From a virus (taxonomy: Duplodnaviria; Caudoviricetes), in IMG/VR virus record IMGVR_UViG_3300030061_000976, positions 1 through 52,788 of that record: 52,788 nt of DNA; one strand, 5' to 3'. Each line of letters opens with the position of its first letter. The first letter of the stretch is position 1. The translations under genes were made by a program, and so were the position numbers. Below, in pieces: positions 43,729 through 52,788 of this stretch. The notes beneath the pieces were generated by a model, which did not search any database, was not told the DNA's origin, and saw nothing but the letters and a program-made list of their open reading frames with translations.

Positions 43729-46361
43729 TGCCAGCGGCAGTACCAGTAGTGCTTGCCGGTGTTGCCTCTGGCGTAACTATATCAGGAACGTTAGCGGCAG
43801 GGATCACAATTGGGTTTAGCGTTGGCTCCGCCTTAGTGGGTGCAGCTTTGGCCGCTGTATCTATCGCCCTTACCCCGAAACCAAAGCAACCTTCATTTGA
43901 TGTAAGCGCGTTTCAAACAGCGGCACAAGATAGAGAGCGATCCTTTCGACAGCCTATAACTACAAGAAAACTAGCTTACGGAGAGATTAAAGCCGGTGGT
44001 CCGTTAATAAACGTAGCGGCTACTGAGTCAGACGGCAAAGACAACAATCTATTGCATCTTTTTGTTGTACACGCCGCTCATGAGGTTGATAGCATAATAT
44101 CATGGTTTCTTGATGCTGAAGAGATACCGATAGCCAGTGTGTCCGGTGGGGCGTCTGGAGGTGCTGTAAATGCAGGGGAGTATAGCGGTCTTGTGACCGT
44201 AAATCCGCATTTAGGCACAAATCCCCAATCCGCTGATGCCGATGCCGTTTCATTAATAGATGGATGGACTTCAAACCACACTTTAAACGGAGTTTTCTAT
44301 AATTATTGGCGGTTTACGTTTGATAATGATAAGTTTCATCAAGTGCCAGAAATAGGTTGTTTATTTAAGGGTAAGAAGGTTTATGACCCTAGAACAGGTG
44401 GGACGGCGTACTCAGCCAATGCTGCTTTGGTTTTGTATGACTATTTAAGGGATGATCTTGGGCTTTCAGTAAACGCTGATAAAATAGATGCGGCCTCATT
44501 TATAGCAGCAGCCAATATATGTGACGAAGATGTTTCCCTTGCGGAAGGCGGCACTGAAAAAAGATATGAAGCACACGGGGTAATTGATACCGGGTTGCCG
44601 CCGGGAAGTAATATCGAAGACATACTTACGGCAATGTCAGGTTCATTGGTTTACGTTAATGGTCGGTTTTACGTTTATGCTGGTGCTACCAAAACATCAA
44701 AGTTAAGTTTTGATGAGGGGGATATTACTTCAGAAATCAACATTATTCCCCGCATGTCGCGGCGAGATAACTTTAATGCGGTCAAGGGACAGTTTATATC
44801 CCCATTAAATAATTTCCAATTGAGTGATTATCCAGCAGTAACTAGCTCAGTTTTTGAAGAGGAAGACAATGGGGAGCGCATATTTAATGATTTAGAGCTT
44901 CCGTTCACATCATCCCCTTCCGCCGCGCAGCGTATAGCCAAGATTGCTCTTTATAGGAATAGACAGCCGCTAGCGTTTGAGGCGACTTTTTCATTGGCTG
45001 CTCTAGGGTTGATACCGGGTGATGTGTTTGAGGTTTCGTTTGAAAGATATGGGTGGTCATCAAAGAAATTTGAAGTCATCGAATGGAATTTCGTTATTAA
45101 TAACGGGATTCTACAAGTCAGCATAAAAGCGAAAGAATACTCTGATGATGTTTATTCATTCTCAGTTAGCGAACAGCAGATTGTAACATCAGCGCCTAAC
45201 ACCACAATCCCCAACGTATTGACCCTACAGCCTGTTAACAACTTGGTAGCTTCAGAAGAGCTTGTAGTCACCCGTGATGGCAGAGGCGTTCAATCCGTTC
45301 TTACAGTATCTTACACCCCAGCAACGGATGCTTTCGCTTATTTTTCTGAGATGGAATATAAGGCTACTAGCTCCTCAACTTACATTACGGGTGGAACAAC
45401 TACTGGCGTTTCCTTTGAGATACTAGATTTAGCACCGGGCAGCTATGATATACGAGTGCGGGCTACATCTCTTATAGGAACTCGATCTGAGTATGTTTCT
45501 ATTGTTAAAGATGTCACCGGATTGTTGACTGCGCCTAGCGCGATGACAGGATTGAGTGTGCAACAAGTCGGAGGTATGGCGTTACTGCAATGGGATCAGT
45601 CAACCGATCTTGATGTGCGAGTAGGCGGGAAAGTGGAAATAAGATTCCAAAATGCCACATCTAGCATTGAATGGCCGAAAAGCCTCTTAGTAGATAATTC
45701 AGTACCGGGCGAAGCTACCAGTGCAATGGTGCCGTTGAGATCAGGGACTTATCTTCTTAAATTCGTTGACGGCTCTGGAGTAAAGCAAACAAATCCTACG
45801 GTTGTGACATCAGTAGGCGCTACAATCCTAGCCTTTACTAATCAAACCACAGTCACAGAAAGCACTGCTTTTGCCGGGACTAAGACAAACCTTTTCGTTG
45901 ATTCAAATCAATTGCAATTAAGCGGAGGGGGATTGTTAGATGCAGCATCAGATTTTGATCTCATACCCAATTTTGATTTCTTAGGCGGGATATCTTCAAC
46001 CGGCACATATGATTTCGCTAGTAACATTGACATGACATCAAAAACGAGAGTGCGGCTTACAGCCAATCTCACGGCTCTCACATCTATTGTGTTGGATAAC
46101 ATTGATGCCAGAACAGCAAACATTGACACATGGGAAGATTTTGATGGTACGGCGGGAGCTAACCCAACTAATATAGCTATGTATTACGCATCAACGGATG
46201 ACAATCCTTCATCAGGCAGTCCTACGTTCACGGCGTATAAATTATTCACGCAAGCCGAAGAGCATGCAAGAGCATTTAAATTCAGGGCAATATTCACTTC
46301 ATCCGATCCCGCTTATACGGTAAGGTGCAGTGCTTTGGCCGTAACTGCCGCGACTATTTAG
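43728..46361 (+). CDS. Central tail fibre / host-specificity protein (gpJ-like, FN3)
   Basis: YGE...GG, KG.KVYDPR, N.AL...DYL, FN.VKG, AQR.AKI.L, YDIRVRA. Confidence 0.85.
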   Translation: MPAAVPVVLAGVASGVTISGTLAAGITIGFSVGSALVGAALAAVSIALTPKPKQPSFDVSAFQTAAQDRERSFRQPITTRKLAYGEIKAGGPLINVAATESDGKDNNLLHLFVVHAAHEVDSIISWFLDAEEIPIASVSGGASGGAVNAGEYSGLVTVNPHLGTNPQSADADAVSLIDGWTSNHTLNGVFYNYWRFTFDNDKFHQVPEIGCLFKGKKVYDPRTGGTAYSANAALVLYDYLRDDLGLSVNADKIDAASFIAAANICDEDVSLAEGGTEKRYEAHGVIDTGLPPGSNIEDILTAMSGSLVYVNGRFYVYAGATKTSKLSFDEGDITSEINIIPRMSRRDNFNAVKGQFISPLNNFQLSDYPAVTSSVFEEEDNGERIFNDLELPFTSSPSAAQRIAKIALYRNRQPLAFEATFSLAALGLIPGDVFEVSFERYGWSSKKFEVIEWNFVINNGILQVSIKAKEYSDDVYSFSVSEQQIVTSAPNTTIPNVLTLQPVNNLVASEELVVTRDGRGVQSVLTVSYTPATDAFAYFSEMEYKATSSSTYITGGTTTGVSFEILDLAPGSYDIRVRATSLIGTRSEYVSIVKDVTGLLTAPSAMTGLSVQQVGGMALLQWDQSTDLDVRVGGKVEIRFQNATSSIEWPKSLLVDNSVPGEATSAMVPLRSGTYLLKFVDGSGVKQTNPTVVTSVGATILAFTNQTTVTESTAFAGTKTNLFVDSNQLQLSGGGLLDAASDFDLIPNFDFLGGISSTGTYDFASNIDMTSKTRVRLTANLTALTSIVLDNIDARTANIDTWEDFDGTAGANPTNIAMYYASTDDNPSSGSPTFTAYKLFTQAEEHARAFKFRAIFTSSDPAYTVRCSALAVTAATI

Positions 46362-46372
46362 GAGCATAAAAG

Positions 46373-47008
46373 ATGGCCCAACATGATTATGTAATTGCAA
46401 ATGCTGACGGTGCTACCGTAAGAGCGGATATCAATAGTGTCCTGTCAGCTATAGCGTCAAACAACTCCGGTGGCTCTGATCCAAGCACAAAATACTCTTA
46501 TCAGTTCTACTATGACACTGGAGACAACAAGCTGAAACTGCGGAACGCCGCGAATGATGCTTATATTACTCTTGGTACGTTTACTCACGGGTCTGGGACC
46601 GGCACGACAACAATTGTTCAAAGTGATGTAAACCAAACCTTCAGCAAGGCTCAAAGGGGCAGCATAACCACGACTAATTCGACCACTGGTGGAGCTATCA
46701 CGCTTGATATGGCTAACAACAATTACTTCAAGCTGAGTAATAATGCCGGTGCGGGTACGTTGGGAAGTGATAACAGTGGTGCATACACATTGGCCAACCC
46801 AAGCAATTTAACAGCGGGACAATCAGGATCAATTATAATTACACAAGATGGTACGGGCGGAAGAACTCTCTCATACGGCACCAACTGGGATTTTCCCGGC
46901 GGGACCGCCCCTACCCTAAGCACTGCTGCATCAGCGGTTGATAGAATTGACTACATAGTAGTAAGCGCATCATCCATCCATTCTGTGATTTCGTTGGATG
47001 TAAAATAA
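46373..47008 (+). CDS. Tail fibre/adaptor protein
   Basis: MAQHDYVIAN..GA.VR.DIN; QDGTGGRT.....W.F.GGTAPTLST. Confidence 0.75.
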   Translation: MAQHDYVIANADGATVRADINSVLSAIASNNSGGSDPSTKYSYQFYYDTGDNKLKLRNAANDAYITLGTFTHGSGTGTTTIVQSDVNQTFSKAQRGSITTTNSTTGGAITLDMANNNYFKLSNNAGAGTLGSDNSGAYTLANPSNLTAGQSGSIIITQDGTGGRTLSYGTNWDFPGGTAPTLSTAASAVDRIDYIVVSASSIHSVISLDVK

Positions 47009-49308
47009 TGTCTGGGCCTCTTAACTCAGATACAATAAGGGCTGGAGCAGCGGGGGCTTCTGGCAGCGCTGGCTACCAAATAGATCAGTCTATTCGTTTC
47101 AACAAAAATGATGACGCCAAACTAACCAGAACATTTGGCACAGCTACAAACCGTAGAAAATTTACTTTGTCCGTGTGGCAAAAAAACGGAAGCAGTGCAG
47201 GCTCAATGCTAGAGTATAATCAATCTGGTGGAAGCACATGGGCTAACATTACCATAGGTGCAAATGGTCGTGTAGATATTTTTGATTATTCTAGCGGAAG
47301 TGCTAGAATTGATTTGCGAACTACGAGACTTTTTCGTGATTTCTCTGCTTGGGTTCATCTAGTTGTTGCTTTTGATACCACACAAGGGACTGCCGCTAAT
47401 CGTATTAAAGTATATATAAATGGAACCCAAGAAACTAGTTTTGGAACGGAGACATATCCTAGTCAAAACTTTGATGGGTTTCTTAACTCCGCTGTAGAGC
47501 ATTTAATTGGTGAAGGTGTTAATGGTCCATTTGATGGGTACATTGCAGAGTATTATTTTATTGATGGTCAACAATTAGGACCAGATAGCTTTGGCGAAAC
47601 TAACGACGATGGCGTTTGGATACCGAAGGATGCGTCAAGCCTGACGTTTGGAAACACCGGCTATTACCTAGACGGCAGCGATAGCTCTGATCTTGGTGAA
47701 GACTTCTCAGGAAACAATAATGATTGGTCCAGCAGTGGCTTGACCGCAGCGGATCAGATGTCGGATACCCCGACTAACAACCACTGCACTTTAAATCCTC
47801 TTAACAAAGATACTGACTGCACTCTAACAGATGGAAATTTGCAAGTTGGTTGGACTAGCGGAACTGATCCAATCATTTGCGGAACAATGGGTGTATCTAG
47901 CGGCAAGTGGTATTATGAAGCTACCTTTACAGGAACTTTTAATTTTCCGGGCGTTGGCATAGCACCAGCAGAATTATCTTTTGGTGGCAGTGCTTTTTCT
48001 TCTGGCACTGGTACGATCTTTTACTACGCACCTTCTGGCAATTACCGAGGAAACGGCGACAACACATCTTACGGTGCGGAATACTTTGTAAGTAGCAAAA
48101 TTGGTGTGGCTCTTAATTTAGATGACAATCAAATAACTTTTTATAAAGATAATTCGTCACAGGGAACCTTGAACTTAGCAAGTATACGTTCTGGATATAG
48201 CACATGGGTGCCACTTGTAACTGGCGGCGGATCTATTGAAAATATCATTGTTAATTTTGGACAGTCAGACTTTCAATACACACCACCGACAGGTTTCAAG
48301 GCATGGAACACTAGCAACCTTCCCGCACTAACAATCGCAGATGGCTCAGAGTATTTTCACACTCAGCCATACACGGGCAACGGTTCCAGTGGACTTGCAA
48401 TTACAAACGACGCAAACGCCGGAGATTTTGAACCGGACCTTCTCATTCTCGCACCCCGATCTAACGGCGATAATAAAGTCTGGTTTGATGATGTACGAGG
48501 CACAACAAAGCGAATAAAGTCAAATAGCGCCGATGCCGGTGATACGGACAGTACCGCGCAGCTTACGTTTGAGAGTGACGGATTTGATCTAGACACGACA
48601 GATGTAAACTTCAACGGCTCAGGCAGAACCTATGTCACGTGGCAATGGAAAAAAGGAGCAACCCCCGGCTTTGATATTGTTGAGTACACGGGCAACAAAA
48701 CCAACCGCACAATTTCGCATTCGTTAGGAGTTGCTCCAGAGTGGATTGTTATTAAAGACTACTCAAACACTGAGAGTTGGGTCGTTGGTCACAATTCGAT
48801 TGGCTGGACAAAAAACCTTTTTCTCAATCTGACTAATGCCCAGCAAACCAGTTCATCAATCTGGCAAGACACTGCGCCAACAAGTTCTGTTTTCTCAATC
48901 GGAACAAGCGACGGTGTAAACAAAGTTGGATCGCACATAGCGTATCTTTGGGCACCGGTTGCTGGATTTTCAAAGTTTGGTTCCTACACAGGAAATGGAA
49001 ATGTAGACGGGCCTTTTGTGGCGACCGAATTTCGTCCCGCCTTTGTGATGCTGAAACGAGCGGATAGTGCCGATAACTGGGTGATTGTTGACAGTGCGCG
49101 GAACCCTTTCAACGTCGCAAATCTTCGTCAGCTCTTGGACACTAATAACGCTGACATAACCTCTACGACCCACGATTTTCTTTCAAATGGATTTAAACTT
49201 CGTGCGAGCGATGGGGGAGTAAATGCGTCGGGCGGTACGTTTGTATACATGGCATTCGCTGAAAACCCATTCGGCGGCGACGGTATAGCGGCAGTCACAG
49301 CAAGATAA
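47008..49308 (+). CDS. Receptor-binding protein with LamG/ConA, SPRY and repeated YTGNG domains
   Basis: FRD.SAW.H.VVA.DTT (LamG); SSGKWYYE...IGVALNLD...NFGQ (SPRY); YTGNG, HSLGVAP, YMAFAE.PF. Confidence 0.8.
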   Translation: MSGPLNSDTIRAGAAGASGSAGYQIDQSIRFNKNDDAKLTRTFGTATNRRKFTLSVWQKNGSSAGSMLEYNQSGGSTWANITIGANGRVDIFDYSSGSARIDLRTTRLFRDFSAWVHLVVAFDTTQGTAANRIKVYINGTQETSFGTETYPSQNFDGFLNSAVEHLIGEGVNGPFDGYIAEYYFIDGQQLGPDSFGETNDDGVWIPKDASSLTFGNTGYYLDGSDSSDLGEDFSGNNNDWSSSGLTAADQMSDTPTNNHCTLNPLNKDTDCTLTDGNLQVGWTSGTDPIICGTMGVSSGKWYYEATFTGTFNFPGVGIAPAELSFGGSAFSSGTGTIFYYAPSGNYRGNGDNTSYGAEYFVSSKIGVALNLDDNQITFYKDNSSQGTLNLASIRSGYSTWVPLVTGGGSIENIIVNFGQSDFQYTPPTGFKAWNTSNLPALTIADGSEYFHTQPYTGNGSSGLAITNDANAGDFEPDLLILAPRSNGDNKVWFDDVRGTTKRIKSNSADAGDTDSTAQLTFESDGFDLDTTDVNFNGSGRTYVTWQWKKGATPGFDIVEYTGNKTNRTISHSLGVAPEWIVIKDYSNTESWVVGHNSIGWTKNLFLNLTNAQQTSSSIWQDTAPTSSVFSIGTSDGVNKVGSHIAYLWAPVAGFSKFGSYTGNGNVDGPFVATEFRPAFVMLKRADSADNWVIVDSARNPFNVANLRQLLDTNNADITSTTHDFLSNGFKLRASDGGVNASGGTFVYMAFAENPFGGDGIAAVTAR

Positions 49309-49318
49309 GGATAGTGAA

Positions 49319-49864
49319 ATGTTTGTATTGAATAATGAAAAGATATTAAGGCCGGGTAGACCTTGGACTGCAAGCAATGGAGTTAAGCATCCTAGCAATT
49401 GGGCGTCATGGTCGTCTGATCTTTTGGCAAGTCACGGTATTGTTGAAGTAGCAGAGCAAACCAAGCCAGATAGCAAGTTTTACACAATCTCAAGTCTTAA
49501 TCTTGATGGAACATGGTCTGCGACGGCAAAGCCGGTTGAAGATGTTACTGAGACTATTGACGGCAAAGATTATGTCTCTAGAGGATTAAAATTTGAATGG
49601 ACAGAAAAGACTAATGAGACAGCCAACAGTCTTTTACAGCCCTTTGATTGGCAGATAATAGCAAACGCGGAGAGAGATCGAGCCGTTGACTCTAATGTTG
49701 CCACTTACAGAGCAGCTATTATAAGTAAATGCACCACAATCAAAGCGGCTATTGCAGATTGCTCTAATCTTGACGCTTTCAAGGCTCTATTTGTTACTCC
49801 GGTTGATAGTGATGGGATAGCAACAGGAAATCCGCCTATTCATGATTGGCCGAAGTTAGGGTAA
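49319..49864 (+). CDS. Tail-fibre-associated protein
   Basis: HP.NW, A.SLL...DW, YRAA, C-terminal WP. Confidence 0.65.
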   Translation: MFVLNNEKILRPGRPWTASNGVKHPSNWASWSSDLLASHGIVEVAEQTKPDSKFYTISSLNLDGTWSATAKPVEDVTETIDGKDYVSRGLKFEWTEKTNETANSLLQPFDWQIIANAERDRAVDSNVATYRAAIISKCTTIKAAIADCSNLDAFKALFVTPVDSDGIATGNPPIHDWPKLG

Positions 49865-49869
49865 TTATA

Positions 49870-50034
49870 ATGACAACGGCTAAGGAAATTGATGCAAAGC
49901 TACAGACTCATGAGGCGGTGTGCGCGGAACGATGGAAAGAGACCATTGAGCGTATAAAGAGGCTTGAGTTGATTTTGATAACATCTGCCGGGGCTGTCAT
50001 AATGCTTATGGCTGGTATGCTGTGGAAGTTCTGA
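49870..50034 (+). CDS. Small membrane protein (coiled coil plus C-terminal TM)
   Basis: HEAVCAERW...RLE plus hydrophobic tail; precedes the endolysin. Confidence 0.65.
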   Translation: MTTAKEIDAKLQTHEAVCAERWKETIERIKRLELILITSAGAVIMLMAGMLWKF

Positions 50035-50035
50035 T

Positions 50036-50506
50036 ATGACTACAAAATTAACAGATCACTTTACACTTCAAGAGATGTGCAGGAGCGATACCGCTACGCG
50101 CCTTGGAATTGATAACATACCTACAGACGATGTAATCATTGCGAATCTGCGGGCGGTGTGTGTCCATGTTCTTGAGCCGGTTCGCACTCATTTTGATACG
50201 CCATTTTCACCTAACAGTGGATACAGGTGTTCTGCTTTAAACAAAGCAATTGGGTCTTCATCAAAGAGCCAGCACACAAAGGGGCAAGCGGCGGATATTG
50301 AAGTACCGGGTGTAGATAATTCTGTTCTTGCTGAATGGATCAAGGAAAATTGCACTTTTGATCAACTAATCTTGGAGTTCTATAAATCAGGTGAACCGGC
50401 ATCGGGGTGGGTACACGCATCATTTATTTTGCCGGATTACGGTGTAAATCGCGCTCAGTGCATAACCTTTGATGGTAATGCGTATATGCAGGGTTTACAG
50501 CCCTAA
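50036..50506 (+). CDS. Peptidase M15A endolysin
   Basis: HFTL.E, SGYRC..LN.AIG, SQH..G.AAD, FDQLILE, WVH. Confidence 0.9.
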   Translation: MTTKLTDHFTLQEMCRSDTATRLGIDNIPTDDVIIANLRAVCVHVLEPVRTHFDTPFSPNSGYRCSALNKAIGSSSKSQHTKGQAADIEVPGVDNSVLAEWIKENCTFDQLILEFYKSGEPASGWVHASFILPDYGVNRAQCITFDGNAYMQGLQP

Positions 50507-50608
50507 AGCTCGCCAGCGGCGCTTATAAGGCGTTCTAGAGGGTATTATGATAGGCTTTCTAGGTGAGATGTAGGGTTAAGACGTTAACTGAACCTAACGG
50601 AGGAAGAA

Positions 50609-50770
50609 ATGAAATATATTAAAGATCGAATGACTGAGCCATCCAGCTATGCAGCGGCGGGTGCTGCCGTGGTTGGTATCGGGGTATTGATTAATCAACC
50701 GATTGTTATCCTGATTGGTGTTGTCGGTGGTGCGCTTGGCTTTATCCTGAAAGAAAAAGGCGTCATCTAA
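50609..50770 (+). CDS. Small membrane protein, holin-like (copy B)
   Basis: GGAGG RBS; MKYIKDRMTEPSSYAAAGAAVVGIGVLINQPIVILIGVVGGALGFILKEKGVI; between endolysin and spanins. Confidence 0.7.
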   Translation: MKYIKDRMTEPSSYAAAGAAVVGIGVLINQPIVILIGVVGGALGFILKEKGVI

Positions 50771-51169
50771 GTGCTAAAAATCTATCTACTTGTTGTAGTG
50801 GTGGGTCTCGTAGGCGGTTCGGTTTATGGGGCTTACTACTACTACAAGGATAGCCAGCAGCGCATCCAGACACTAACTGAAAACACGGCTAAGTTAGAGA
50901 CTGCTAAGAAGATGCAAGATGACACGATCACCGCTATGATTGAGGATCGAGAAAAGTTTGATGAGTTAAATAAGGAATTGCAGAGCAAACTCAACGCCGC
51001 CAACGAATATAAGGATGTACTTATCGGTAAGCTACGCAAGCATGATCTTGCAAAACTTTCCATGAAGAAACCCGGCCTAGTAGAAAAGAGGATAAACAAT
51101 GGCACGAATAAATTGTTACGTTCGCTCGAAGCTATTTCCGGCGCTGTTGCTCCTGCCCCTGCTAAGTAG
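50771..51169 (+). CDS. Inner-membrane spanin (i-spanin)
   Basis: N-terminal TM plus coiled coil; KPGLVEKRIN.GT; overlaps the lipoprotein gene. Confidence 0.75.
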   Translation: MLKIYLLVVVVGLVGGSVYGAYYYYKDSQQRIQTLTENTAKLETAKKMQDDTITAMIEDREKFDELNKELQSKLNAANEYKDVLIGKLRKHDLAKLSMKKPGLVEKRINNGTNKLLRSLEAISGAVAPAPAK

Positions 51170-51494
51170 TGGTTGCACCAACTTTAAGGAAATCTTGCCG
51201 GTAGAGATTAAGACGGTAGAGGTAGAGCGTAAGATACCAACTCAAAATCGCCCTCGTCCTGTATCGTTGAATAAGTTGCATTTCTATGTAGTTACAGAAG
51301 ACACGTTCGCATCTTTCAAGCAGCGTTTTGAGAAAGAGAACGGCGATCTGTTGTTCTACGCAATAAGCGTCAGAGACTACGAAACGCTTGCTTTGAACAT
51401 GGCTGAAATAAAGCGATTTATTGAGCAGCAAAAGCAGATTATCATCTATTATGAGAACGCGGTTAAGCCCAAGCCTAAGAAGCCAAGCGAATGA
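51099..51494 (+). CDS. Outer-membrane spanin lipoprotein (o-spanin)
   Basis: Lipobox LSSGC; DYE.LALN..EI.RFI.QQ...I.YYE. Confidence 0.75.
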   Translation: MARINCYVRSKLFPALLLLPLLSSGCTNFKEILPVEIKTVEVERKIPTQNRPRPVSLNKLHFYVVTEDTFASFKQRFEKENGDLLFYAISVRDYETLALNMAEIKRFIEQQKQIIIYYENAVKPKPKKPSE

Positions 51495-51760
51495 ACTTGA
51501 AAGGAAAAGTTTACAAACTAACAAACTTACAGAGTCGTAGGTTTCTGGCTCTTAGTTTTGTTGGGTTTCATCAGCATCACCATCAAGGGGTTGCCCTGTG
51601 CGCTGACGTTGAGGAAGAATTGTTGAAAACCAAGATGATCCAAAATGCTGGTGATTACGTTGAAATCACTGAGCGGGGTCTTAAAGAGATAGCTCGTCTT
51701 GCTACGCTGGCTGGAATAGTCATGCCGTGGGAAGATAGCAATGAAAAATCAGTTCAATAA
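51491..51760 (+). CDS. Hypothetical protein
   Basis: 89 aa, coupled on both sides. Confidence 0.5.
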   Translation: MNLKGKVYKLTNLQSRRFLALSFVGFHQHHHQGVALCADVEEELLKTKMIQNAGDYVEITERGLKEIARLATLAGIVMPWEDSNEKSVQ

Positions 51761-52301
51761 TTTAGCTGTATGCCTGCTTCTAGCGTTCTGCTTGTTTCTG
51801 GCGTTTTCTTTTGTTTCTCCATCATATTCTGCTGATACAGTAACATCAGCAACGGTGTCTAGTTCAACCGTAGTTGACAAAACACCACCTACAGCATCTA
51901 GCCCTTCAATAGTCGTTAACAACAACGATATCTGTCAAGTCGGAACCAGTGGCGCTTTGCAAACTGGTCTTTTTGGTGTGTCCGGTGGCACAACCACGCG
52001 AGACTTAAACTGCGAGAGGATCAAGCTGGCACGGTCTGTGTTTGGTATGGGGCTAAAGGTTGCTGGCATTAGCATTCTTTGTCAGGAAGTGCGTGTGTTC
52101 GACGGCCTTTGGATGGCTGGAACGCCCTGCCCGTTTATGGGCAAGATTGGGGACGCGGCGAGACAGGAGTGGGTCAATAATCCTGAGAAATCGCCGGAAG
52201 GTTCTATTGTGCGGTTGCAGCTAAAAGCGGAAACGGTATCTTCGCAGCCTCAACAGAGTTCTGATTGGCCTAACGAAGAAGAATGGTACGGAGGCGACTG
52301 A
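51741..52301 (+). CDS. Secreted Cys-containing conserved phage protein (module gene 1, copy B)
   Basis: Different signal peptide; mature part differs from 6195-6728 at 6 residues. Confidence 0.8.
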   Translation: MKNQFNNLAVCLLLAFCLFLAFSFVSPSYSADTVTSATVSSSTVVDKTPPTASSPSIVVNNNDICQVGTSGALQTGLFGVSGGTTTRDLNCERIKLARSVFGMGLKVAGISILCQEVRVFDGLWMAGTPCPFMGKIGDAARQEWVNNPEKSPEGSIVRLQLKAETVSSQPQQSSDWPNEEEWYGGD

Positions 52302-52788
52302 TGCGTTGGCTGATCGCATTCCTGCTTATGTCGTCTTCTGCGTTGGCGGAAACTGTAACGACGACCGATGTTCTTCCCAATCTGTCCGCGTTTACGACAA
52401 GTGGGTCAACGACATCTGCTGGTTCTGCGAGAGGCTGTAGCTCCGGCGAGTTTTGCACGGGCAACGCTACGGCGGGTGGCGGAACTTATACAAGCACTTT
52501 TGATGTTCCATTGACCGAGGATGAGGTTCGCAGAGGCTTTACCCTCAACAGCGCGGTTACCGTGGACAGTCATCCGAGTAACGCTACGCTTGCTACATGC
52601 ACGAGCGTTACGCAAGTGGGGGACTGCCGCGATCTTTTTACGTTAGGCATCACGCTTTTGGACGGGGGAACCGTAGCGAAGGCGTTTACTCACGAGGTAG
52701 AATTAGATTTCACTGGGGAGAGGTTGTTTTCGTTCTCGGACACGATGGTGGAGAACGACTTTGGAATTTTGACGGGAACCTTTTCTCT
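51831..52788 (+). repeat. Diverged direct repeat, copy 2 (pairs with 6258-7215)
   Basis: Direct comparison with copy 1. Confidence 0.95.
52301..52788 (+). CDS. Module gene 2, 5' part (copy B; continues at 7216 on the circle)
   Basis: MRWLIAFLLMSSSALAETV... open to the window end, colinear with 6728 onward. Confidence 0.8.
   Translation, partial: MRWLIAFLLMSSSALAETVTTTDVLPNLSAFTTSGSTTSAGSARGCSSGEFCTGNATAGGGTYTSTFDVPLTEDEVRRGFTLNSAVTVDSHPSNATLATCTSVTQVGDCRDLFTLGITLLDGGTVAKAFTHEVELDFTGERLFSFSDTMVENDFGILTGTFS

Larger units (their letters stand above)
7139..52711. mobile_element. Phage B: circularly complete HK97-like siphovirus genome (45,573 bp)
   Basis: 52712-52788 is identical to 7139-7215; the interval holds one full set of replication, packaging, head, tail and lysis genes. 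Confidence 0.85.

Noticed and set aside
33045-46361. Gene transfer agent cluster
   Set aside because: Tail genes are GTA-like but sit in a genome with its own replication, recombination and lysis genes
50507-50608. tRNA or other RNA gene in the lysis intergenic gap
   Set aside because: No cloverleaf or T-loop motif; no tRNA recognised anywhere in the window
51831-52788. Genuine direct terminal repeat of one linear genome
   Set aside because: The partner copy is internal (6258-7215) and diverged except for the final 77 nt, and the flanks carry incompatible packaging genes

Overview
All-phage window, most likely from marine alphaproteobacterial viruses, and probably two different phages joined in a lasso-shaped contig. 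Bases 7139-52711 (45,573 bp) form a closed circle, because the last 77 nt of the window (52712-52788) are identical to 7139-7215. The circle holds one complete HK97-type siphovirus gene set: primase-helicase, RusA, ERF/exonuclease, a ParB-MTase-IbrA-IbrB cluster, terminase, portal, MuF-peptidase, protease, capsid, GTA-like tail, M15 endolysin, holin and spanins. I could not recognise an integrase or a DNA polymerase. Bases 1-7138 belong to an unrelated podovirus-like phage (TerL end, LPD23 peptidase, 808-aa portal). The two phages share a nearly identical, uncharacterised envelope-protein module. The strongest unannotated signals are: that shared module; a GACA-N3-TGTC palindrome on five -35 boxes; a second 15-bp box beside four -35 boxes; a structured RNA whose exposed seed is antisense to the phage's own conserved CACACAGGAG ribosome-binding sites; and a candidate DNA-modification operon upstream of the terminase. 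All family assignments come from motif recognition by eye; no searches were run.
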